Below the pieces are notes generated by a model. The model saw nothing but the letters and a program-made list of their open reading frames with translations. It ran no database searches and was not told the DNA's origin. DNA of 64,000 bases from Utricularia gibba (taxonomy: Eukaryota; Plantae; Magnoliophyta): the NCBI GenBank assembly GCA_002189035.1, contig CM007989.1:806001-870000 (forward strand), in the 5' to 3' direction. Each line of letters opens with the position of its first letter. The first letter of the stretch is position 1. Below are positions 1 through 12,628 of the stretch, piece after piece. The position numbers and the translations under genes were made by a program.

Positions 1-2118
1 TCCACAACATTCTGAAGAATAAGTAAATCATATACTCAGAAATAATAGAATACAACAGATAAGGATCCTCAAAAATAATCTCTTTGTCCATGCCCTGACA
101 TCAATCCAGGTCGAAAGCTACAGGTTTAAGTAAATAGAATTACCTTCTCTGGTACTACTTCTTTGTTCAACTCTTTTGGTGAATAGGATGAACTTGAACT
201 AACTCCAGGTGTTCCAATACCACCCAGACCACCAATATATTTCTGGAGTGCAGCCGCACCCATGACCCTGGAAAAACTCAAAGTTAAAAAAAAAAAAAGA
301 AAAAACCAAAGACAATAGATTCAATCCAAATGACAATCAACAAAATATGAGCAAAAAACAAGTGCTGGATCAGAAAATGTGGCAAGTAGAATCGTACCAG
401 ACCAAGCCAACAGCAATGGTGAACAAGATCGTTGACACAACTTCTAGTGCAAATCGAGATGACTTGTTTGACATTTTAGGATCCACCTACAATGTAGAAG
501 AACAAAAAAATATTTTTTAATCCTTTTCCAAAATGTTTATTATATTTGCAATAGTCTTCATCTTATTTCCTCCCCTTACCATCACAACATGCAATGGCTG
601 CTTCTCTGATACACCAGGGCTTAAAAAAGGCTCCTCCATGTTGTTTGATGCACGTTGCTTTAACTCTTGTAGCTGCATAGAAAAACTCCTTTAGATTTCC
701 TGTCAGAAAATTTTAGAACGAGAAACTAGTCCAAAAAGCAGCCTTTATAACATTTTCATTCTTTGATACCATAATAAAAGACGAAGCTGATCGACAGGCT
801 GTTATACTGACATTTTCTCAAATATGCCGTCATGCTTTTTTTTTTAAAAAAACAGAAAGTAGGACAAGTGGCCCATGATATTGTTTGATATATGCTTGAT
901 ATATATTCAAAGTAGAGGTCAATGGGAGCCCATGAAAATATTCTTGAAATTGAAATTCCGAAGACCATAAGTGAATAATTAAAAATTCTTGCTTCATTCA
1001 CATGAAGCATCGAGTGCAAATGCAAAATGAAAGAGTAAAGTTAGTCAAGTATGGAAAGTGTTCCTTAAGCATGGAAAGACAGTCTTGTTCAGGAAACGGA
1101 GTAGATAGATACCAAAGAAGGAAGACTAGTGGGCTTCCCTGACTGCTCATCAGGCAAATACTCAGCAATTGCATTAGTAGCAACAAGTGCTCGCAGATAC
1201 TCCACAACTCCTCGGCTGTCCACCGCATGCGCTCTTTGTTCAAAACGCTGGATAACAGCTTCAGGACTAAATGAACGGCAGAGAAAAATTTAGAAATGTT
1301 TTATTCCTTATAAGCTAACAGTTAAGTACCAAGGGAGTGAATGCAAGGTTACGTTAATCACAACCGTAGCTAATTTAGTACTTCCAGGAAACAACCAAAC
1401 CATTCAACTCTATGGACAGATTTACGGGTTCTAAATTGCATGCGTTAAATATCTAAAAACTAGGCGAAAGTGCAACTATTCCCATTCCCCTTGTCTATCA
1501 ATAAACGGAAAAAAAAAAAGAAGCTTTTGAACAAAATCTCCAAGACAATATCCTCGATTATCATTACCTGTGCTTATTAAGTTCAGCCAGAAGAGCACTC
1601 TGCTTTGCGGAGTCCTTGGGATTCGCATCAGCGTCCGCAATCAGTCGGTCCAACCGCTTCTCCTCCCGCAAAAATGGCCACCAACTGAGCCAATCAGAAT
1701 ACAGAACTTTGTCGAACCCATTTCTCATTCGTGTAAATACTCCCGTAAGAAATACAACCATCGGCAACCTGCTCTTCACCTCCTCATTATTATCCTTGAT
1801 CTCCACCCCTCCACTTGCAGAAATTTCAGTAACCACCGTCCCCTCATTAGATTCCACCACTTGGGGGTCATCAAGAGCAATCCCTTCATCAATGTAATCA
1901 CCAGCGGGGCTTTCATTTTCCGCATATGATGTACAAAAAATCCGGTGCCGTAAAAACCCAGACTTGGCAGAAGAAAACCCTACCCTTCCATTTTTCCTTC
2001 TTGACAAAGAGTACTGACGCACCGAAACGTTGATGCGAGGCCTTAGCGTAAAAGAAAAAGGGTATATATGAGGAATCGAGGGCATGCACAGGGACGAACC
2101 CTGAAGCGTAACAGCCAT
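1..2118 (-). CDS. FTSH11: ATP-dependent zinc metalloprotease FtsH11 (5' part; gene runs off the left edge)
   Basis: Hand-spliced GT-AG exons 2118-1568, 1266-1113, 672-580, 486-398 and 267-144 give a transit peptide followed by SDWLSWWPF..EKRLDRLIADADANPKDSAKQSALLAELNKHSPEAVIQRFEQRAHAVDSRGVVEYLRAL..LQELKQRAS..VMGAAALQKYIGGLGGIG, the FtsH11 N-terminal region. The AAA and M41 domains are outside the window. Confidence 0.9.
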
Positions 2119-2685
2119 AGTAGGCAACACAACGCTTCAAGATTCCAGACTCGCGCGATTCTGATAAAAAAGATGCAATCCCAATTCGCGAAAATGTTGC
2201 GTCAGATAGACATCAGTCACGGCACAAAGCTGCCGGAGTTGGTTTTCTGTGAGTGCCTCCCCTGTGCTGTGCTGGACAAGCCAAGTAAAATGGAGGCGGT
2301 GGCATGGACAACAACACGCAAAGAGAAGAGAAAAAAACCTTATCCCCTTTTCTGAATCTCATGGATATGTTGTGGCTGGCTTTCGCTTTAGGGATTTGGA
2401 CCTGTAACGGTCGTTTTTGTGATGCGGGTCTTCCTTCTCATTCTTTTATAATTTACAGGAAAAAAAATACACATATTCTATTTTAATATGATTCCTTATC
2501 TTATGACTTGATTGTCACCTATACCACAAGAGGATAAATTCATCTGATGGTTTTAGTCAGAACCAGCCATCACTGAGGGCTGCCAAGTTTCCAACATCAG
2601 AGAACACATAAACATATGATCCTACACTCAGGGGAAAATGGAAAATTCGAGCTGCTGAAGCAGATGATGCTTACATGGGGCCCGC

Positions 2686-5600
2686 CTATATCTCATCAAT
2701 GGTGTCGACAAGATCATCAACTTCCTGCCTCAAGAGCTTCATCTTCTGATCCAGTGCTGCGATACGGTTCTCTGTATCCTTGCTTGCGGACTTCTTATCA
2801 TAGGATTCAGCAATGATTGAGTGTTTCTGCATTACCTTCTCTTGTAGTTCTTTCTCCTTTGCAACCAGCTCCTCAACCTAGAATAGAGAATCCCATAGAA
2901 AGAGGCATGAGTTCCGGGAATGGCCTGAGGGGGTGACCATTTGTAAGAAAGAGTCAAAGAATCACAAACTTTGGGGAGTGTCTGAGCTGCCTGAGGAGAA
3001 GACTGCAGAAATGCCAATAATGGTTTCAAGTCCTTCAGAAGCTCCTTCAGCGTGGAGTCAGCAGCTTTCCGTGCTGCTTTGCATGCCTGCAAATCTCCTG
3101 TTCTTGAAAGATCACGCAACGATACCTCTAGTTTCTCGTGAACGATCAGACACTGGTTCATGATATTTACGAACTGCTGAATTGTAGATCGGACCTGTGA
3201 AAATTTTTGGACAGGGTGTTGCACTTCAGTAAGAGAGTGATGCGAGGAAAGAATTGAATTGGGCAAGAGAAAAACCATTCTGGAGTACCTCATCCCACTG
3301 AAGTTTTGCCAGATAAGATGGCGAGGACTTGGAAATCGTGAAGTCTGCACGCACATAAGTGATGCATGCAACAAACAAGAGGAAATATCCAACAACCAAC
3401 ATTAATGGTTCCTGTAGGAGGGCCAGATTGCTGAATTTGTAATACACCTGATCAAGCAGATGCATCAGAATCATCAGTACCCTAAATAAAAAAACAAAAA
3501 ACAATCAAAAAAGATGTCAAGGCAGCACCCTATGATTTGTAAGCACTTCGGCATTTGTACCCCTCTTACAGATGGATTCAATGCCTCTATATTTACCTGA
3601 AAATACTGGTTGTGTTCGGGGACAACATTAGTCTTCTCCAACACAACAACAGGTCTACCAACTATATCCAAATGGGAAATTTTTTCCTGCAAAGATGAAA
3701 ATGTTGAGAGTAAATGAACAAGTAAACAGGTAACCGCATACGGTAGTTTTGACATTCCAACAAACATATTTCAATAATTACGTATCCAGTAAGACGTTGA
3801 CCTGCGTGGACTGTTTGACAGGAAAGGGAACAGAAACCAAGGCAACTTTTGATCCCTCAGGTAACACAATCTGAAAATCAAAGAAAATACTTTCTTTCGT
3901 CAGATGCATTGCATAGCTATTTTGGGAGTGCATTTCTTTAATCAGGACATATAAAAAGAATAGGTGTGACAATCATAACCAAAAAAATACGCAAATAAAA
4001 TTATTAGATACCTTTACAGTCAGATTATCAATGACCAAATCATCTATTGGGCTGCCAAATGATATATTGAGAAAGCGTTCCCCTCCTGACTTAAAAAGGA
4101 AATCTTTAAGCGGAACACCATATCCTATGGTAAAAGTAGATTTCCATCCTCCAAACATTGGAAACCGAGGCTCGATTTCAAGTAGCGTCTAAACTTAAAA
4201 AGAAGATATATTAATAACGAAGCATATATCTTTGCATCTTTGTAGGGTACTAAAAACTCACCCTCGATGAATCTCCCCATACATGTGATGTAGAAATATT
4301 TCCAATATCATCCCTGTAGTAAATGGAGTGAGCCCTTGCCGGTAATTGGGCAATGAGATGTCTCAATGCTGAGGCACCTCTGAGATGGGGTTGTGCTTGA
4401 TACTCTAGCCTGAGGAATCAACCAAGAATATGGGTATCATTGCGTCAAGACATTAATAACAAAGCAATTAAGCATGAAACAGAGTATAACCATACCTTGA
4501 AAACTCCCCCAAGATAACAGCACCAGAATGAACCAGGTTATAGTTTTCTGTGACTTGCACATTTCCCCAATGGGAGATCTCTATTTCACGAACCAACTCT
4601 CGTGCAACAATAAAGGGCTTGTTACTCACATAGTGAATGGCTAACGGTGTGTATGCAAAAGGTGGCTGGTTTTCATAAGGACCATACTTTATTTCAGAAC
4701 CGGAAAATTTGGTATTCTCTAATTTTGTATAAGATTCAACTTTTGGTTCAGGAAGTTTAACAGCCATCGACTGCCTGTACACTGCATACGGAGATAGGAA
4801 ATATGCACTGTCTTGGAAGACAATGAGCTGAACATCCGCCTGAGTTATTTTTTCAGGGAAAGGTCTCAATATATTAGTCACTGTAGCTTTTATTTCCAAA
4901 TTCAAGCTTCCTCCCTTGCCAAGTTCCTTAGGTAACGTGACCGAATACCAAATAAGTGACGGGGGACCCTCTTTTGGGTTTACGATTCGAACAGAAAGAG
5001 TTTCAGACAAAACTTTAGATTTTCCCTTCCCCTCAACAGTCACAACCGACAATAATGCCAGGTTGTTAGCTTGATGCTCAGGGAAAGGTAGAAGAAACTC
5101 TTTTATCGCATCACCGCCATTGTTTTCTGCCTGAATGAGAATACAAAGTGAGGATACATACTTTTTCCAAATAAGGGCTGATCTCCATAATCCACTATGT
5201 CATAAAAAGAAAGCTAGTGCATGAACTATGCTGGTTTTCAAAAGGGTTGAATGAGGCTACCTTCAAGGATATAGTCGTTCGCACTATTTGTGACGATAAA
5301 TCAATCTGCAAAGAAACATATCACAAAAGACAGCAATCGTTTCAGGACAAATGTATCCACAAAAAGAGAGCCATGAATGCCAATCCGAAAAGTTCCTAAA
5401 ATGTTTCTAAAGCATCCAGACCCTAACTACATTCCTCCCATCAAATGACAAAAACTAGTCCCCTGTTTGAGAACTGACTCTCACAAAAATCACGAGCATG
5501 TGGATGAGAAATGAAGAATTTCATGAAGTAACAAACATAACAGAAACAAAACAAAGCAATTCACTTAAAACGGGTAAATACTCATACCCATCTATCGAGC

Positions 5601-5695
5601 TTCGAAATTACAAGATCCGCGCAGACCGTTGAGAAAAACAAAAAAGATCCAAACACTAAGAACAACAGCACGAGATCCAAACGCATTCGCGCCAT
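2686..5695 (-). CDS. OST1A: Oligosaccharyltransferase subunit ribophorin I (long form with C-terminal coiled coil)
   Basis: Ten in-frame GT-AG exons: 5695-5588, 5305-5261, 5130-4496, 4409-4262, 4188-4012, 3870-3802, 3686-3597, 3447-3289, 3194-2970, 2877-2686. Signal peptide plus motifs RELVREIEISHWGNVQVTE, YYRDDIGNISTS and EPRFPMFGGWKSTFTIGY, then a TM segment and cytosolic tail. Confidence 0.93.
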
Positions 5696-5803
5696 TTCTT
5701 CAATCCAGTGTGTTGACCAGAACGCCAAGAAAACCTCCGCAGGCTCCCCACTCTCACACACAGAGAGACGAAGAGCGAACAAAACGGGCCGCCAGTACAC
5801 AGT

Positions 5804-5927
5804 TGGGCCACATTTTATACACAAATTGGGCCACCGAAGCATTTCACAGTTCACTACATCACCCTCAGCCACAGCCGCATGCGCCTCCATTTTTCTATAT
5901 CAAAATTGGGCCGCCAAGTTCAGCCCA
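5804..5927. promoter_or_regulatory. Cluster of site II (TGGGCY) motifs upstream of OST1A
   Basis: TGGGCC at 5804, 5827 and 5907, and AGCCCA at 5922. Site II elements are established TCP-binding motifs of housekeeping promoters. Confidence 0.5.
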
Positions 5928-6135
5928 TATCACATCCCTTTTTTAATAGGAGTTTGAATTATTTTTAATCAAATTTTCCTTTTGCTTGCGGTTTGATAAC
6001 AAAGTTTCAAGTATAGTCATTCACTTTAGATCAATCTTCAAATTTTAAAAAAATTATTCAAAAAAAAATTCGGATAAATTTCAAAATATCTGAAATCCAA
6101 GATTTCGATATCAACATCTAATACCGGATCATCGC

Positions 6136-6331
6136 AATACTGGATGCGACTACAAGTGGAGTGCAGTCCCTGCAAACCAGCTCTCCGTTGGGCTACCGGC
6201 GGCCGCAAGCGCAGCCGGCAACGGAGACATACCTGCAAGTACTGTGGAGAATAAAGAAACCCCAGAACTGCGGTGGGGTGATGCTGTGTAGCAACAATGG
6301 CTACAGCTCCCGCATCATTGGGAGCATCTGA
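6136..6331 (+). pseudogene. Relic C-terminal fragment of a class III (GH18, hevamine/PR-8-type) chitinase
   Basis: The frame from 6136 reads NTGCDYKWSAVPANQLSVGLPAAASAAGNGDIPASTVENKETP. After a +1 shift near 6265 it continues NCGGVMLCSNNGYSSRIIGSI* (TGA 6329-6331). This matches the class III chitinase end (W..V.ANQIFLGLPA...AAGSG.IP...KYGGVMLWS...GYSS.I..SV*). No N-terminal part or ATG is present. Confidence 0.78.
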
Positions 6332-6605
6332 GACTGAGCTGCTGCTGCAAGTCACATTACATATGACACAGTTGTAACCTGTGAACTGCAAAAATGAGGG
6401 ACCCCAACTTCTAAAAACTTCAGAGAACAAGCAGAGTGGAAGCATATCCAATAAAGCTGCAAAATTTCTGTTATGGGATCCTCAGTCACCAAAGCAGAAT
6501 AATCTATTCCAAGGTAGGTAAAAAAATTGACCCTTTTCCCAGAGGTTACTTCCGTTAAGCTGACAAATAATACAATCAACAAACCTTGATTAATGAAAAA
6601 GAAGA

Positions 6606-9600
6606 TCATTTTTCAGCACCAGCAAGTTGCTTCCTCTGTTGATGCTCAGCAGCCTTATAATCCACCACTTCACGGAAAAGGGTGGGATCCAACACACATT
6701 TCTCACTACCATAAACAGCAGCTTGAACGCTAGCCATGAGTTTTGCAATCTCTCTTCCAGAAAATCCCCCAGTTTTCTCTGCTGCTTCTTTAATGATACT
6801 GTCATCGATCCCGTTAATCTCGATTGTCTTCTGCTGCTTCCGGAAAAGATTAGAGAACAAGCCTGGCTTTTTTGCACCAGCTTGTGCTATATACTTTTCC
6901 AGATACAGTTGAAGTAGCTTGAAGCGTTCATCTTCGCCGGGTAATGGGAACTCGAGGACTTCATCGATACGATCTGATACCGCAGAATCGAGGTCTCCAG
7001 GTCGATTAGTGGCCAGAGCAAGGACCACATCCTTTGACTGGTCACCAGTGCGAAAAAGGAGGGCGTTGAGAGCACTCCTCTGAGCTTCACTCATATAAGT
7101 TTTATTCCTCCTGAGGTAAAAAACTGATAATGAATTGGAGTACTCGCATAAAAATTTCAGGCAAAAGAGATCTCTTAACAGTAAGAATTGCCTTCTCCGG
7201 TGGAAGCAACCTATTTGTTAAATTAACTTTCTAAGTAGAAGATACAGAAAACTCATCCATCATTCTACCAAACGACACAATGGGGAAAGGACCTCCTCTA
7301 AAAAAAGGGAAAGACAGCAGAAGCTTAGGTTCTGCAAAGACATCAAAAGGAAGAATTCAAAAAACAAAAAAAAAACGGCTCTGCCACACTGGAACGAATT
7401 AAAAAGGTAAAAATACACCAGTGACATCCAGTGCAACTAGCCAAATGCAATTAAAAAATTTTTGCATATATGAAAGGTAGTTTTGTGGCTCTTTTACTTA
7501 CTCGCACAAGAATGCATCAGCTTCATCAATGAAAAGCAATAACCCCCTGTTGGATTTCTTTGCCCAGTCAAACAGCTGGTGTATCTTTGTAACAGCTTGA
7601 GAGCCAAGAGGGGCTACATCACCCCCGTCATAAGTGCATAGTCTAGGCCCTGTAAAATAACGAAAATCATTTTCTGCAAAAGAAACGAGTGCTGAAGGCC
7701 CTTAATGAAAATTGAAGTAGAAACGCCCCTTTATTGGAACAAAGTTTTAGCATCTTCAGAAAATATGAGCAAAACACCAATGCTGTGCTGAGGATGAAGT
7801 AAATCAAATTAAAAAGAAGATACACAGGTATGAAGTGCCAGTTATCCATGTCAAGGGTCCAAGTTTGTTTCTCAACATCAATTACTTTTATCTTAAATCC
7901 AAATGACGAAAATTTCACTTGACATTATATGGATTTCAAAAACCAACACCTCGATGAGTAACTTCGAAATTAGAAAAGAGGAGCAGATGACATACAGATT
8001 TTCGTGCAAGTTCTCTGGCAGCCATTGTTTTCCCTGTGCCAGGTGGCCCATAGAAAAGCATGTTTCTGAATGGCGCCTGGTGTGCTTTCGTATTTGCTGT
8101 TGCGTTAGCTAACTGCTCAATTCTTTTATGAAGAGATGGGTGCAAAATAACATCACCAAAACCATTTAGCTTTTGGTGACCACGATGTGTGAGATTGTTC
8201 ATAGCGCGAGATAGCACCCCGACCATGGATACCTCGCTCGAGATGATTCCCGAACCAACGATGGTTGTCCCAATATTCGGTCCACATAATTCCATAAGAC
8301 CTTAGCACCCTCTCTGAAGGAAGATATTGGTTAGTGACTGAATAGGCCATCCTGAGAACTACTACATTTTGAAACATATGACAATGATTTAAAATATAAA
8401 TCCAGCAAAGCAGAGTAAAGAATTAGCGAAATAGTATGCATTAGCAGGCATCACAAAACAAGTAAACCACTTCACCTGCAGGTACAGAATCCACGCAAGA
8501 GAGTGTCAGATTCATGGATTTAAAACAACAGATTTCCTATGCTATCACGCTTATGATTTCATAAAGCACGTAACTTTGACTCTTAGGATGGACCAAGGTG
8601 AGGGAAATTAAGCTTTCCAGAAAAGGGATATGGGGAAATAACAAGAATTGGAGTCAGCATCACCAAAACAGGAAAAGAACATGGTGATTTAAGACAAAAA
8701 AACAACCTAGTTGTAAAGATTCCTGCTGCCAGACACGTTGTACCTCCAACAACCACGACCAATTTGTTCTGGTCTGTTAAAATATCACGTAGACCACCTG
8801 CATTTTTTAAAGTAGGTTTAGGTGGATACAGTGAAAAACAAAACATAAGAGTGTAAAGAATTAAAGAATACACAGAACATGTAAACATGCACAACGAATG
8901 TGAATAATCAAATCAAAGCAGTGAAAGACTACAAGTGCATTATGAAGACAGCACACGCATGACTCAGTTAAAATGAGAAACATTCAAAACAACTCAGGAC
9001 AACAACACAACATATTTTAGACGTCATCGTACAGGACTCTCTAATATCAGATCAATATCAAGGATGACATAATCTTGAGCGCGATCTCAAAGTAATGGTT
9101 GAATTAGAACCTCCAATATGCTGAAAGGTTGTGTTAATAGCAGCAATCAACTTCTCTCTCTCTGCATTTGCACGTTCTACTAGCAACCTTCTGTTAACTT
9201 CCTCTGCCAGCTTAGCTTCATGGGCTCTTCCCTCAGCCGCAGCCAATTCCTTTAACCTGAAGGTCTCACGATCTATTTCAGCCTTTTCTCTTTCAGTTTG
9301 ACGACGTTGTGCTTGAATTTGTTCCTCGGTTGCTCTTCTAGCCGCTTCTTGTCTCATTGACGATTCCTCTTGCAGTTTCACAAGCTCTTGATTTCTTGAT
9401 CTTTGAAGTTCATTTTCTGCCTGCAGATATCAAAATAAATAAAAATTCCATGTCTCAAGTTTGCCATGAGTCGATATGGTTTCGTACCTGCATTCTTTTT
9501 CTTGCCAGTTCATCCTCATAACGAGCCATCTGAGATTTTATTTGAGCTTGTTGTTGGGCTAGTTTTTTCTGCTCCTCATAAGCCACTTTTTGTTTCTCCT

Positions 9601-10233
9601 GCCAACAAGAGTACAACAATCATTAACAAATTATGAATTGAAAGGTAAAAAAAAAACGATGCATTTGAGCATGAACGAAAGTTACAGCTTCGGATTGCGC
9701 TTGCATTGCTTTGAATTCTGCTGCGCGAGCATTTAGCTCAACTTGCCTCGTTTCTTCTTGCTTCCTAATCACTTCAAACACCTACATAAATGAACAGAAC
9801 TTGGAAATTAATTTCAATAAATAACATTGACACCCAATCAACAAGAATCTCAAAGAAGGGCATTCCAATTTATCACATCAACCGATGACAATTACTCAAG
9901 CACTCCAAATCAAGGAGCCAAATTATCAGACCTTCTTAGCATTTGAAGAGCTAGTAATCTCTCTCAAGGCCTTGGCCCCCTCTCCAATGCCTCCGGGTCA
10001 AACCCAGCCGACGTCGTCCGCGGATTATCATTACGAACCCGAGTCTGCTCGGCAGCCGGAGGCGAATCCCGAGTTTCAGCAGAATCTCGCTCAGGCGTAG
10101 AATCCGGTGCATTGGAACCCGAAGACCCGGAAAAAGGATAAAAGCTAAATCTTCCATCTGCGTACGCACGATCAGGGGCGACCGCAGAATACACGAGGGC
10201 AGCCAAAGCCGCAGACACATAACTTTTACCCAT
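6606..10233 (-). CDS. ATAD3: Mitochondrial AAA-ATPase ATAD3-like protein (three apparent -1 frameshifts in G runs)
   Basis: Exons 10233-9932, 9781-9686, 9598-9488, 9420-9111, 8797-8707, 8313-7996, 7649-7502, 7110-6606. Motifs FDPEALERG, a coiled coil, Walker A GPPGTGKT, Walker [10 protein letters not shown] and [19 protein letters not shown]. The frame is restored by adding one G at each of 9976-9980, 8217-8220 and 7622-7626. Confidence 0.9.
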
Positions 10234-10504
10234 CACTAAACACAATAGTCGAAGACTGATACCAATCTCCGAAACTGCAAATGCTTGAGGAAATCAACAA
10301 AACCACATTTTTCTTGGAGAACAAGAAGACACCAGTTGCACTTCAGTCTGTTTCAGGGTTTATGTAGGGTTTTCTTGGTCTTGCGGCGGTTTACGAATTT
10401 TATACGGTTCTTCAAATCAACCCCATTCTCAAAAAAAAAAAAAACGAAAAAAAAAACAATAAATATTCCTTCCTTTTTATTTCAGCGTCGTTAGTCGTTA
10501 TCTA

Positions 10505-10547
10505 TGGGCTCAAGGGCCTAATTCCAGCACCTTATGGGCCGTGGGCT
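10505..10547. promoter_or_regulatory. Site II motif cluster upstream of ATAD3
   Basis: TGGGCT at 10505, TGGGCC at 10535 and TGGGCT at 10542, about 300 nt upstream of the ATG. Confidence 0.5.
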
Positions 10548-12628
10548 CTTCCACAACAATATATAAATTTTTTATATAATTTATATTATAATATACAGGT
10601 ATTTTTAAATAAATAAAAATAGAAAATCAAGAAATTTAATAATTTATGAAATTAATCATGAAATCTAAATTTCTGATTTTATTATAAAATAATTTAAATA
10701 ATATAATCTTTAAAAATTAAACAGAATCATTTCAACAAATTATATTTACAGAACAAAACACATATTCGTCTTTCTCATAGCCCATTTGATTGAATTATTT
10801 GGTTTAATAACCTCATTCTCCTTTTTCGTATTTGCATTTATTTCCATGTGCATGTTGCGCCTCCTCATATTTCTTGTCACTGATTGTTCATATTTGCATC
10901 AATCTTGTAATTTTATATATTTATATTTTATTAAAAATATCTATGATAATAATTTTAAATAATGAGAATCTACAATCCCACGAAGGGTGTCTGTGTGGTG
11001 TAGCCAGGCACGCAGTGAGCATTGTGGCCTGGGCCAGCCCAGTTGCTGTCTTTAATGGCCGCTGTTGTGGTCGAACACAGAGCACCAAATGGGCCCACCC
11101 TGAGTTGTTCCATTTAGGGCGCAATTAAATTAAAAGAACACATTTTTATTAGAGAAAATTATCAGAATAATAGCTCAAATTTGATTTTTAAATTTTAAAT
11201 TATAAAAAAATACTTAAAATTGTCAAAATCGTACAACAAATAATTAGATAGTTTTTAAAATTTATAAAAAATCAACCAAATATTCGAGGTTAAATATACA
11301 ATGAAGACTAAACATTAATAGATAAATATGAGTGGTTAAATATATAATAAAAATTCAAAAAATTGTCAAAACTATGCAACAAAAATCCAAACATAATGAA
11401 TTAAATATAAAATTTCATAAGTTTGCGAGTAAAATTATTTACAAAAAAAATAAGTTGAGATATATGATCTAATTTTGAAATTCATAAATTAAATTTTTTA
11501 TATTAATTATAACTTGGAATGTCAGCCACAAACTCTAACATTTTTTATTATTATCGATTATATTAAGCAAATGATGATAATACCCATCGAAACCTTAATG
11601 CCACGTCAGCAATCCATTTTAATTTTTAATAAAACAACAGGCCTTTATTTATTTATTTATCTTATCAGACAGAGATGTGCCGTGCCATGCCTCCTAGGCC
11701 AGCTTTTCTTACTATACATATTAGGCACCGTTGTGGATACATTAATGCGTCACAAATTTGGTTGTTAGTTACGCTGCGCGTTATCATATTATATAGTTCG
11801 TTAACAATAATGTTGAATGACGGTACGGCCCCCCCTATTTACATCAACCAATGCTCGTCAAGTCATGATCCCCGTTCCCGGATAACACGTAACGGAAAGT
11901 GATTGGTCTTGACATAAGTCAACTTCATAATCAACAATTATACTAAGTTCAATGATAATGAGAAATATAATGAATTTATGTTTTTTAATATTAAAAATAT
12001 GTTTTATCATAAAATGATAAATTATTTTGTAATAATATATCAATGAGAGTTCATCTAATATATTTGAGAAAACAAAAATTGACAACATTGAAAAAAAAAA
12101 GAATTTTACATTACAAGTAACGAACCGGTCCGAAATCGTACAGTTTCAGTTCCTAAATCATGCAAAAAATCAGAATCTTGAATCAATACCGAAATGAAAA
12201 CCGCAGTTCTGGTTTAAACTAATTAGAACTCGGTCCACGATTGACCTACAATTCAATTTTATTATAATTTATATGAATTCAATTTCTATTATAAATTATC
12301 AAATCAATTCAATCACGTGTCAATTCGTATTTTTTTAAAAAAATGGGTGAGTACATCTCGTACTATTTTATGTTGGGGGGAAAGGCATTAATTGGAGTGG
12401 TCTGATCCAAGCAAAGTAGCTTGAATTAGTGGTAACCTATGTGTTATTGAACCCTAAATATGATATCAGGGAGTATTAAATGTGCATCTTATTGAGTAGT
12501 AATAATACACAAAGCAGCTTTGGCACTTTCAACACCAACCAAATTAAAAAAAAAAGCAAGGGTTAAGTGGTAATGGCAACATTATTCATGCATTATTATT
12601 ATAAAATATGGTTGGTTAACAACGCTAA

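Noticed and set aside
6038-6451. 137-aa minus-strand ORF
   Set aside because: It is the antisense shadow of the chitinase relic plus ATAD3 3' flank and has no recognisable protein features.
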